Source: an uncultured bacterium (GTDB lineage: Bacteria; Oederibacteriota; JAAXVQ01; JAUVAV01). Taken from it: 64,000 nt of DNA. The DNA lies in NCBI GenBank assembly GCA_963710755.1, contig CAVQBK010000013.1:32001-96000 (forward strand), read 5' to 3'. The translations under genes and the position numbers were made by a program. Position 1 is the stretch's first letter. Each line of letters begins with the position of its first letter. Shown here piece by piece: positions 28,701 to 37,171 of the stretch. Below the pieces are notes generated by a model, which was given only the letters and a program-made list of their open reading frames with translations, made no database searches and had not been told where the DNA came from.

Positions 28701-30670
28701 TCAACGCACTCCAGTGCAAACTGAAGTTTATGCATCTCGCGGTTATAATTGATCCCCAAATTTAACTTGAACTTATTCAAATCATCATGAGGTGTAAAAA
28801 CCAACGGCGCCAGTACCTCATCCAGATCCTGTTTTAACCTGGCGCCTGCATTAATTCTTGCCCGCCACCAAACCCAGGGCCTGCGCAGAACCATCAGCCG
28901 TGTCCATAAGCCTTGGCTGAAACGATAGGCACCCAACTCCTGATTGTGAATCAATTCAACGGCTTTTTCGGCTTGTTCAATGCCATTCTTGCCGCCAAAC
29001 CAGGCCATCCAGTATTTGCCAGCCAGGTTGGTGACCACCCTGTCATAGCTACTTTGAATTGACCCGAGCGCCTGCCTCCCTACCATCACTAACAAGGGCG
29101 GACCATTCCCCTTTTCAGAATAAAGTTTATATTCTGACGGCAGCTGACCCGCCCCCGCCTCCACCAGCAACGGTTGGGGCAAGCTCAATCCCAGATTGGC
29201 TAGGGTTGGCAGATAATCGTGGAGATCCACCTTTTCAAATCTGGCTAGGGTGGCCAGATAAAGCGCAAAAGTACGCAGGGTGTTGCCGCTCTTTTGCATG
29301 CTGTTCCTGACGGCCAGAACGGTCTGATTTTTTTCCAGCAGCTTTTCAACCGGCATGGAGCGGTTCTGAAGAATGTCAAAATAGGGATTAACCACACTGG
29401 TGCTGTTGAATCGCGGACGAATGGAAATAAAAGAAATATTTCTTGCTTTGAGGACAGCTTCTATCGCTTGGTTGTGAAAACCGCCGTTAATCATGACTGC
29501 GCTTTGCTGGCCGGTTTTAGCCATCCAGGCTTCCAGATTGTCCACAAAGCAGCGGCTGCGTTCATCAGCCAGCCGGTAAAAAGCCTCCACTTGATCGAGA
29601 TAGCGCTCCAGGGCCAGGGTATCGTCCAGCGCGATCATGTGCTGGGAGGAATCAAATTTTTCAAGAAATGTCAGGCATGATCTTAGCCGAAAATCCTGAC
29701 GATGACTTCTGAACTGAGTCACTTCCTGCGGGGTGGCGGATATATTAAACATCTTCGTCAGAAGTTCGAGCCGCTGGTCCCATTGATCTGCCTCCCTTTG
29801 GGAAGCCCTGGTGTATAAGCGCTCCCGTACACGGCTTTCCAATCGGCGTAAGGCAAGGGACCATTTCTCATGGGTCGTCAGGTCGGTTAATTTCTGAGGC
29901 GAACGGTGTATCCATTGATCAATGACTTCTAAATCGCGCTTATCCAGTCCAAGGCGTCGGCCAGTTTTTTGAAGAAACGCAGCATAAGCATAAATATCCG
30001 TCTTACCTTGCCGAAAATGCTGCGCCTGCTCTTCCAAAGTCTTGAGGGGCCCCTGGAAAAGCGTGTTTTTAACCTCCCGCAACCGCTCCTGTAGATCCAT
30101 GATCAGCCCCTGGGGCTCAGCGTTTAAAAACGCTTGTACGGACTGCAAACTTTTCCTGTAAAGCGGCGCCGACTCCACACCCACCGTGATCAGGGACTCG
30201 TTGCTGTTGGCAGCAAAAACATCGGCGCCTGTCATCCGGCCTTGTTTCATAAAAAAATCAGTGACCACTTCCCTGATAGCTCTATCATGGAAATCACGAA
30301 ATACATCATAATTAATAGATCCCCAGGCGCCTTCCTGGCCCAGTAATTTAAACCCATAATGGCGATGGAGATAGTTGAGCATATGGAGGATATTGTTTTG
30401 AACTTCATAATTACAATGCAGATCCTGGATAAGCACCACGGTTTTGGAACTGCCTTGAAAGGACGATTGGACGGTGCCCCATTTATTGGGCATAAGAAGA
30501 CGGTCACCATGAACTATTATGGAATGACCATTGGGTATGGTCTCAGAAACAGTGGGAAGGTTAAAAGACCAAACAAAAGTTGGCAAAAGCAACGCCAAGG
30601 TCAGGCCTAATGCCATAATTCTTTTAAATGCAATCAATAACAACACCCCCACAGCAACCACTACAATCAC
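25706..30670 (-). CDS. Giant fusion: signal peptide + putative Tiki/EreA-like domain + TreT-like GT4 glycosyltransferase + hydrophobic C-terminal region
   Basis: IQDLH, QEGA, GVES, ERS, GGFH in the N-domain; VNTATFAGGVA, TKQFHNNLQG, DPQP, WRSHI, RFDPAK, DDP, S.REGF...VEAM in the TreT-like part; exact start uncertain. Confidence 0.8.
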   Translation of the reverse strand: MIVVVAVGVLLLIAFKRIMALGLTLALLLPTFVWSFNLPTVSETIPNGHSIIVHGDRLLMPNKWGTVQSSFQGSSKTVVLIQDLHCNYEVQNNILHMLNYLHRHYGFKLLGQEGAWGSINYDVFRDFHDRAIREVVTDFFMKQGRMTGADVFAANSNESLITVGVESAPLYRKSLQSVQAFLNAEPQGLIMDLQERLREVKNTLFQGPLKTLEEQAQHFRQGKTDIYAYAAFLQKTGRRLGLDKRDLEVIDQWIHRSPQKLTDLTTHEKWSLALRRLESRVRERLYTRASQREADQWDQRLELLTKMFNISATPQEVTQFRSHRQDFRLRSCLTFLEKFDSSQHMIALDDTLALERYLDQVEAFYRLADERSRCFVDNLEAWMAKTGQQSAVMINGGFHNQAIEAVLKARNISFISIRPRFNSTSVVNPYFDILQNRSMPVEKLLEKNQTVLAVRNSMQKSGNTLRTFALYLATLARFEKVDLHDYLPTLANLGLSLPQPLLVEAGAGQLPSEYKLYSEKGNGPPLLVMVGRQALGSIQSSYDRVVTNLAGKYWMAWFGGKNGIEQAEKAVELIHNQELGAYRFSQGLWTRLMVLRRPWVWWRARINAGARLKQDLDEVLAPLVFTPHDDLNKFKLNLGINYNREMHKLQFALECVDESDPTRAPQHRLVTWETALPPPGALQKVMLGEMKQVRTVLGRELNLQVRIDAAGLLHAPLSGKTGALRAALWRTDTVLFYPNDLPDYAMPGEPSTNPFSHAQTAQDAAQAAGRALYVAAEEGYINPQTDEIYIHPLADKADYRKALGWFRYWALKAIAALYIKLNLSLVFVNTATFAGGVAIMRHENLRFLRMLGVDVHWLVIQPRPRTNPYLVTKQFHNNLQGVSQEELTEQNKATLVDFNAFNEPRVKRFIQEHQDKHLFFYVDDPQPSLLVPFLARLHMPILWRSHIQLDSAKMDDPDQPNARYGEFLADAVSNAGLMVFQEKEGTPKVFDKFKGRMLQMYPARDWFGLNKPRTKALAAYYGQRFNRILQDQGGQTALSLQRPIILQKARFDPAKAYEDAINAFYLLQKQLQPQRQKLEAELERLQARPNPRWLERRHIAALQREINQLNPQLVLEGNVANDDPDVYAIYTLCQLKAQGMSYEYYTDPAKLNDFAQQYFGQDFKFDRPLSKAWINLFYDDDPRVRAAMASLVDDIKIVRMPRDDQLLNSLFFLKKLFHVPMVYLQLSHREGFEFNIVEAMLQGIPPIVRNAGGMPAQVQQNRSGFIVDPVPDAGVFSKLVADKMAELLYAPWWKKMMMARAARRFAKTHFHTADLSIKYLLLTFLTLLGTQDQVWLQRFITKLEAKAGGVRQATDELLKGFILFWLSGELINFIKPTLQDSLVQIRSALDRWSEPKVNLWDQAVFNFKFVMEEIFQPFWSGHLDRTMAVLGRFKRVRALAFMLMLAYSTSSEAGTFWANPVWLQGLLSLGDSTLVPVAVVMAGTLGVLWQGIRAIRIKSQTDDTIAITVRDLPGVKHALEHPQESYGQNPYAANPIASLLEKAAAGLFEKPEMVLDILIICGPGQHFHVGWEMVKGERRFVVALPNIYRPLVKADASWSNLGWTRLWHGFLRWSLRINLNAAFKSLGHTPRNLFERERKIKGRQQRFLRPGSAV

Positions 30671-31126
30671 TGAAATACTATACTATATACCTAAACAAAT
30701 TAAATTAATTTGTCAAATTAATTCGCAGTTTTTTTGATAGAATTATTATTTTTATGAAGGATAATGTTTTATTTTAATACAGTGTAGAGTATTCAAATAA
30801 TAAGCTTTATTTTCAAGCAAAAATTAATGTTATCAAAGTTGGTCAATTTGCAAAATAGTTTTGTCATTGCATCACCTAGTTGGACGGAAGCTGGAGTTTG
30901 TAAAATCGCAAAATTTGGAACTGGAACTTGCCGATTGAATGACCAATAATACACCTGGTCGTCCAAACAACTTTTTACATCCGGTTTAATAATAATTGAT
31001 GACCCTTTCCCTCCAGTCATCCAAAGGTGTCCAAATAATGTTTTACTATCCAGCCTGCCCATGATGAACACACTGAAATACTCCATCAAGAGTACGGCTA
31101 AAAAAACTTTAAAAGGAGGTTTTTAA

Positions 31127-32116
31127 ATGAAGACACGTCAATTGGGCAAACAAGGATTAACCGTTTCAGCCATTGGTCTGGGATGTATGGGTATGTCCGA
31201 TTTTTACGGTTCCAAGGATGATCAGGAATCAGAGGCCACGATTAAACGTGCATTGGAGCTGGGCATAAATTTTCTCGACACTTCCGATATGTATGGACCC
31301 CATACCAACGAACAATTGGTGGGCCGTGCTATTCGTGGACGCAGACAAGAAGTCGTTTTGGCGACCAAATTCGGCATTGTACGTTCTGCCACCGATCCCA
31401 ATGTGCGCGGTGTGAATGGCCGGCCCGAATACGTACGCTCTTCCTGCGATGGCTCGCTGAAGCGATTGGGCGTGGATTATATTGACTTGTACTACCTGCA
31501 TCGGGTGGATCCCAAGGTCCCTATTGAAGAAACCGTGGGCGCCATGTCGGAATTGGTACAAGCCGGCAAAGTCCGCTACCTGGGATTGTCGGAAGCAGCA
31601 CCCCAGACCATTCGCCGGGCTCATAAGGTTCATCCCCTTTCCGCGCTCCAGACCGAATACTCTCTATGGAGCCGCGATCCGGAAAAGGAAATCCTCAGCA
31701 CAGTACGGGAATTAGGTATTGGGTTTGTGGCCTACAGTCCCCTGGGTCGCGGTTTTTTGACCGGCCGGTTTAAGAAACCCGATGATTTGGAGACCCATGA
31801 TTTCCGGCGTGCTACTCCAAGATTTCAGGATGAAAATTTCAATAAAAATCGAAAACTGGTGGAAGCACTGGAAAAAATCGCCGAGACCAAAGGCATTACC
31901 TCCGGGCAGTTGGCTCTGACCTGGGTTCTGTCCCAGGGTAACGATATTGTGCCTATTCCTGGAACCAGGCGGCGTACCCATTTAGAAGAAAACGCTGCCT
32001 GCGCTGACATAACGCTTACCGAAGATGAACGTCGTCAAATTGAGGCTATCATGACCCCGGAAGCAGTGGCTGGTGCCCGTTACCCTGAAGCAGGCATGCG
32101 AACCGTGAATTTGTAA
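31127..32116 (+). CDS. Aldo/keto reductase
   Basis: [40 protein letters not shown]. Confidence 0.96.
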   Translation: MKTRQLGKQGLTVSAIGLGCMGMSDFYGSKDDQESEATIKRALELGINFLDTSDMYGPHTNEQLVGRAIRGRRQEVVLATKFGIVRSATDPNVRGVNGRPEYVRSSCDGSLKRLGVDYIDLYYLHRVDPKVPIEETVGAMSELVQAGKVRYLGLSEAAPQTIRRAHKVHPLSALQTEYSLWSRDPEKEILSTVRELGIGFVAYSPLGRGFLTGRFKKPDDLETHDFRRATPRFQDENFNKNRKLVEALEKIAETKGITSGQLALTWVLSQGNDIVPIPGTRRRTHLEENAACADITLTEDERRQIEAIMTPEAVAGARYPEAGMRTVNL

Positions 32117-32145
32117 TTTCCAGTCCATTTCAGCGGTCATCAAGT

Positions 32146-32181
32146 AAAAGCCCGAGCCTACCCTGGCTCAGGCTTTTTTTT
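32146..32181 (+). terminator. Intrinsic terminator
   Basis: agcccgagcc/ggctcaggct stem followed by a T-run. Confidence 0.75.
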
Positions 32182-32226
32182 ATTTTTTCCCAACCTTTTT
32201 TACCTGATTCGGTCGAAACTAAACCT

Positions 32227-35200
32227 ATGAGCCCCTCTCTTTCGGCAAATATTTTGTCAATAAAAGAGGAATGCCACGGCCATGGAAACCACGCCTTCCA
32301 CGTCGCGCTGGTTTCCATGGCCATGGTGGTTTTTAACCTTGCTGTGATCGCCATGTCACCGTTGTGGGCCGGAGAAGTTTGGCAAAACAATGGCGTCGTA
32401 GTGGTCAATGCCTCGGCAGACCAACTCTATGGTAAAGCCGCCTATGATGGCAGTGGCGGCGCGGCCATTGCATGGGAAGATAAACGCAATGGCCAATCTG
32501 ATCTGTATGTTCAGCGCTTGGACACTAATGGCCAGGCCCAATGGACAAGTAATGGTGTATTGGTATGCAACGTTATCAATGATATAAACATAGGCTTCAA
32601 CCTGACCTATGATGCCGGCAATGGCGCCTATTTGGTTTGGGAAGACCAAAGATCGGATGCAAACATCTATGCCCAACGGGTTGACAAAAATGGTAATGTG
32701 AGATGGGGCGCCAATGGCCTTGCCATTTGCACGGTGGCTAATAATCAATTGGAACCCGTCATGGTTTCCGACGGTAATGGCGGCGCCATCATGGCCTGGA
32801 CTGATTATCGCGCCACCAATCCCGGCATCTACGGGCAGCGCGTTAATAGCAATGGCGTAGCCCAATGGGGAGCCAATGGAATTGCCCTGGCCCAGAACTT
32901 CCTTTACAACACACCCAAAATGGTCTCCAACGGGAGTGGTGGTGCCTTCCTCTGCTGGCAGGACAACACCGTCGATGGTGATATTCGGGCACAGCAAATC
33001 GACAGCAATGGCAATCCTCAGTGGGGTGCTTCGGGCATTGTTGTTTGCAATGCCAGCGGGGGCCAGGGTTCGCCGTCCATTATCTCTGATGATAGTGGGG
33101 GTGTGATCATTGCCTGGGCTGATAACCGTGACGGCACGGGGGACTATTATGCCCAACGTGTGGCGGCCGGCGGCTCCGTGGTATGGGCGGCCAACGGCGT
33201 ACCCGTCTCCAAGACCCCTTGGTCAATTTTAGATCCTGTCTTAACACCAGATGGCGCGGGCGGTGCTTTTTTTGCATGGCTCGAAAACCGGGTAGGTGTT
33301 TACAATGCTTATGCCCAGCACATCTCACATAATGGCACCGTGCAATGGCCCACGTTCGGTACCGGCCTCTGTGATGATCCGGCCGGCCAAGTCCGCTTGG
33401 CCATTGCGCCTGACAGCAATGGCGGTGCTTTTTATGCCTGGTCTGATTACCGGGGAAGCGGCGGTTATTCCGATATTTATATGCAGGAACTCGACGCCGG
33501 CGGCACGCCCTTGCTCCCCCATAACGGCGCCGTGCTATGCAACGCCGTCAATAATCAGCCTTGTGAGATGATGGTCGCCGCTGATCCGGGAGCGGCTATT
33601 GTGGTCTATCATGACCAGCGTAACGTGGCCGTTTCCGGCTATGATATTTATGCTCAAAAAATCGACTGCTGGCCGACCTTAACCCCCACCAACACGCCCG
33701 TGACTACCAGCACATGGAATACCTTCCAGGGTGGCACTATGAATGATACAGGTTATAGCATTGCAAAAGACAGCAGTGGCAATAGTTATGTTTGCGGAAC
33801 TTCTGAAGGCACCTGGGGAACTCCTCTGCGTCCCTATACTTCCGGCACCGATACTTTTGTAGCCAAACTTGATAGTGAGGGTACCCTGCTCTGGAACACC
33901 TTTTTAGGCGGCAGCAGCACCGATTTGGGCCGTGCCATTGCCGTAGACAGCAGCGGCAATGTTTATATTTCCGGATCTTCCGATGCTACCTGGGGTTCTC
34001 CACTCAATCCTTTTTCATCATTTTCTGAAGGATTCCTAGCCAAATTGGACACAAATGGCAACTTGCTTTGGAACACCTTTTTCGGTGGCACTGGAGTCGA
34101 TTCAATTTCCGGGATTGGCCTTGATACAAACAATAATATTTATGTAGGCGGTATTTCCAATGCCACCTGGGGAACTCCTGTTCGCGCCTTTGGTGGTAAT
34201 AATGACCTTGTTGTCGCTAAATTCGCCAATAACGGTTCTTTATCTTGGAACACCTTCCTGGGATCAGCGCTTGGCAACGACATTTTTTCAGCAATGGATG
34301 TGGATGGTAGCGGTAATGTATACATCGTTGGATTCGGGTTTTTCAGCTGGGGGACCCCGGTACGCGCTTACAGCAGCGGTACCGACTTTATAGCGGCCAA
34401 AGTGGATACGAACGGTTCGTTAACATGGAATACTTTTTTAGGAGGATCTTCAGCAGATTACGGTTATGGCATTGCCGCGGATACGAATGGCAATGTTTAT
34501 GTGACCGGACGTTGTTCCGGAACCTGGGGTACACCTATCAACCCTTGGGTCTCCGCTTATGATGGTTCGATCACCAAGTTAGATAATAATGGAGCCTTGT
34601 TATGGAATACATTTTTGGGTGGCGGTCTTGTGGATAGCTGTAATGATATTACCGTTGATACTGGCGGAAATATTTATGTGGCCGGTGTTTCTGGTGCATC
34701 CTGGGGATCACCGTTAAATCCCTATGTTTCTATGGATGACGCCTTTGTGGCCAAACTTTCCACTGATGGCAATCTCACCTGGAATACTTTTATGGGTGGT
34801 GCGTCAGATGATTCGGGCTCCTCCATTACCATTGATGACAGCAATAATATCTTTATTGCCGGTTATTCAAATGCTAGTTGGGGTTCTCCAGTTCGCGCTT
34901 TTTCTTCAAACAAGGACGCTTTTGCGGCCAAACTTGTTGATTCCGCAGGAGCAACGGCTACCTATACCCCCACCCACTCTCCGACCTATACTTATACGCC
35001 TACGCCTACGTTCACGCACACCTTTACCCCAACGTCCACTTTTACGCCAACAACCTCCCCCACACCCACTCAGTCTCCAACCATTACCCCAACCTTTACA
35101 GATACCGCTACTCATACACCCACTGCTTCACCGACAAATACACATTCACCCACCGCCACGCCCACCTCCACTCATTCTCCGACTGAGACCATTACCGCCT

Positions 35201-37035
35201 CACCTACCTCTACTCATTCACCCACCGCCACGCCCACTTTCACTCAGTCCGTCACCCATACGCCTACCTCTTCGCCCACTTTTACTCATTCTCCGACTGA
35301 GACCATTACCGCCTCACCTACCTCTACTCATTCGCCCACCGCCACGCCCACTTTCACTCAGTCCGTCACCCATACGCCTACTTCTTCGCCCACCTTCACT
35401 CATTCTCCGACTGAGACCATTACCGCCTCACCTACCTCTACTCATTCGCCCACCGCCACGCCCACTTTCACTCAGTCCGTTACCCATACGCCTACTTCTT
35501 CGCCCACCTTCACTCATTCTCCGACTGAGACCATTACCGCCTCACCTACCTCTACTCATTCACCCACCGCCACGCCCACTTTCACTCAGTCCGTTACCCA
35601 TACGCCTACTTCTTCGCCCACCTTCACTCATTCTCCGACTGAGACCATTACCGCCTCACCTACCTCTACTCATTCGCCCACCGCCACACCGTCCTTCACT
35701 CAGTCCGTTACCCATACGCCTACTTCTTCGCCCACTTTTACTCATTCTCCGACTGAGACCATTACCGCCTCACCTACCTCTACTCATTCGCCCACTGCCA
35801 CACCGTCCTTCACTCAGTCCGTTACCCATACGCCTACTTCTTCGCCCACTTTTACTCATTCTCCGACTGAGACCATTACCGCCTCACCTACCTCTACTCA
35901 TTCGCCCACTGCCACACCGTCCTTCACTCAGTCCGTTACCCATACGCCTACTTCTTCGCCCACCTTCACTCATTCACCGACTGAGACCATTACCGCTTCA
36001 CCTACCTCTACTCATTCACCTACTGCCACGCCCACTTTCACTCAGTCCGTCACCCATACGCCTACTTCTTCGCCCACTTTCACCCATTCTCCGACTGAGA
36101 CCATTACCGCCTCACCTACCTCTACTCATTCACCCACTGCCACGCCCACTTTCACTCAGTCCGTTACCCATACGCCTACCTCTTCGCCCACTTTCACCCA
36201 TTCTCCGACTGAGACCATTACCGCCTCACCTACCTCTACTCATTCACCCACCGCCACGCCCACTTTCACTCAGTCCGTTACCCATACGCCTACCTCTTCG
36301 CCCACTTTCACTCATTCTCCGACTGAGACCATTACCGTCTCACCTACCTCCACTCATTCACCTACCCAATCCACAACCTATACTTCCACACCCACCTTCA
36401 CACCAACAGCTTCAGCTTCCTGTACGGCCACGGTGTCAGTCACCCTAACGGGCTCCCCAACTATCACCTATTCTCCAACGTCTTCATCCACTTTTACCGT
36501 AACACCATCTTTCACAGCTTCTGCTTCTCCCACAGCAACGCCAACCCCTTTAAATAGCCTCACCCCTTCACCGACGTCCACCGTCACCGCCATTTCCACC
36601 TTAACGCCAACACGCACAGCGGACTTCACCCGTACACCTACGCCCAGCATAACCGCAATTGTTTCCGCTACGGCCAGTCCCACTATTACCCTCACACCTT
36701 TGCCGCCTAAGCCCAACACCTTGGCGCAGGTTCATGTCTACCCAAATCCTTGCACGATCCCCGGACAATCGGCCACGATCGGCTATATTCTTTATGAAGA
36801 CGCGAATGTGGAATTAATTATTTACAATTATTTGGGCAATACCATAAGACGGCAATCGTGGCCCAATCAGTCCGGAAACCCGGCAGGTGTCCGTCACAAT
36901 TGGGCGTGGGATGGTAAGGACAGTATGGGTAACCAAGTTATTACCAGTGGTTATATTGCCAAAATCCATGCTCATGGCCAAGTAACAGGCCACGTGGAAC
37001 AGGCTTCAGTTAAAATTGGTATCATCAGCAAGTAA
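32227..37035 (+). CDS. Large secreted protein: two beta-propeller repeat regions (second SBBP-like), T/S/P stalk, FlgD-Ig/T9SS-like C-terminal domain
   Basis: DG.GGA..AW.D.R repeats; WNTFLGG / D..GN.YV.G repeats; YPNP...IYNYLG...WDGKD; start ambiguous. Confidence 0.88.
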   Translation: MSPSLSANILSIKEECHGHGNHAFHVALVSMAMVVFNLAVIAMSPLWAGEVWQNNGVVVVNASADQLYGKAAYDGSGGAAIAWEDKRNGQSDLYVQRLDTNGQAQWTSNGVLVCNVINDINIGFNLTYDAGNGAYLVWEDQRSDANIYAQRVDKNGNVRWGANGLAICTVANNQLEPVMVSDGNGGAIMAWTDYRATNPGIYGQRVNSNGVAQWGANGIALAQNFLYNTPKMVSNGSGGAFLCWQDNTVDGDIRAQQIDSNGNPQWGASGIVVCNASGGQGSPSIISDDSGGVIIAWADNRDGTGDYYAQRVAAGGSVVWAANGVPVSKTPWSILDPVLTPDGAGGAFFAWLENRVGVYNAYAQHISHNGTVQWPTFGTGLCDDPAGQVRLAIAPDSNGGAFYAWSDYRGSGGYSDIYMQELDAGGTPLLPHNGAVLCNAVNNQPCEMMVAADPGAAIVVYHDQRNVAVSGYDIYAQKIDCWPTLTPTNTPVTTSTWNTFQGGTMNDTGYSIAKDSSGNSYVCGTSEGTWGTPLRPYTSGTDTFVAKLDSEGTLLWNTFLGGSSTDLGRAIAVDSSGNVYISGSSDATWGSPLNPFSSFSEGFLAKLDTNGNLLWNTFFGGTGVDSISGIGLDTNNNIYVGGISNATWGTPVRAFGGNNDLVVAKFANNGSLSWNTFLGSALGNDIFSAMDVDGSGNVYIVGFGFFSWGTPVRAYSSGTDFIAAKVDTNGSLTWNTFLGGSSADYGYGIAADTNGNVYVTGRCSGTWGTPINPWVSAYDGSITKLDNNGALLWNTFLGGGLVDSCNDITVDTGGNIYVAGVSGASWGSPLNPYVSMDDAFVAKLSTDGNLTWNTFMGGASDDSGSSITIDDSNNIFIAGYSNASWGSPVRAFSSNKDAFAAKLVDSAGATATYTPTHSPTYTYTPTPTFTHTFTPTSTFTPTTSPTPTQSPTITPTFTDTATHTPTASPTNTHSPTATPTSTHSPTETITASPTSTHSPTATPTFTQSVTHTPTSSPTFTHSPTETITASPTSTHSPTATPTFTQSVTHTPTSSPTFTHSPTETITASPTSTHSPTATPTFTQSVTHTPTSSPTFTHSPTETITASPTSTHSPTATPTFTQSVTHTPTSSPTFTHSPTETITASPTSTHSPTATPSFTQSVTHTPTSSPTFTHSPTETITASPTSTHSPTATPSFTQSVTHTPTSSPTFTHSPTETITASPTSTHSPTATPSFTQSVTHTPTSSPTFTHSPTETITASPTSTHSPTATPTFTQSVTHTPTSSPTFTHSPTETITASPTSTHSPTATPTFTQSVTHTPTSSPTFTHSPTETITASPTSTHSPTATPTFTQSVTHTPTSSPTFTHSPTETITVSPTSTHSPTQSTTYTSTPTFTPTASASCTATVSVTLTGSPTITYSPTSSSTFTVTPSFTASASPTATPTPLNSLTPSPTSTVTAISTLTPTRTADFTRTPTPSITAIVSATASPTITLTPLPPKPNTLAQVHVYPNPCTIPGQSATIGYILYEDANVELIIYNYLGNTIRRQSWPNQSGNPAGVRHNWAWDGKDSMGNQVITSGYIAKIHAHGQVTGHVEQASVKIGIISK
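35165..36365 (+). repeat. Coding tandem repeat, 114-bp (38-aa) unit, ~10.5 copies
   Basis: gactgagacc recurs at 35181, 35295, 35409 ... 36321 (11 times, period 114). Confidence 0.97.
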
Positions 37036-37171
37036 CTTTTATTCGCTGCACTCCATCCAGGTGGGTCATCGAGAAGCTTCTCTTAGGGCAAGATGTTCAT
37101 GGGAAAGTTGTTTATAATATGAAGAAACAGCCGTGAAGTAAGTTATTAATTATTTACGTAGGATAAACCTG

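Noticed and set aside
30793-31089. 98-aa ORF in AT-rich intergenic DNA
   Set aside because: No supporting motif or RBS; more likely divergent promoter region.
35165-36365. Possible CRISPR array
   Set aside because: Units are contiguous, in frame and lack unique spacers; no cas genes nearby.
34724-36448. 574-aa Pro/Leu/Arg-rich overlapping ORF
   Set aside because: Shadow frame of the Thr/Ser/Pro repeat, which lacks stops in that frame.
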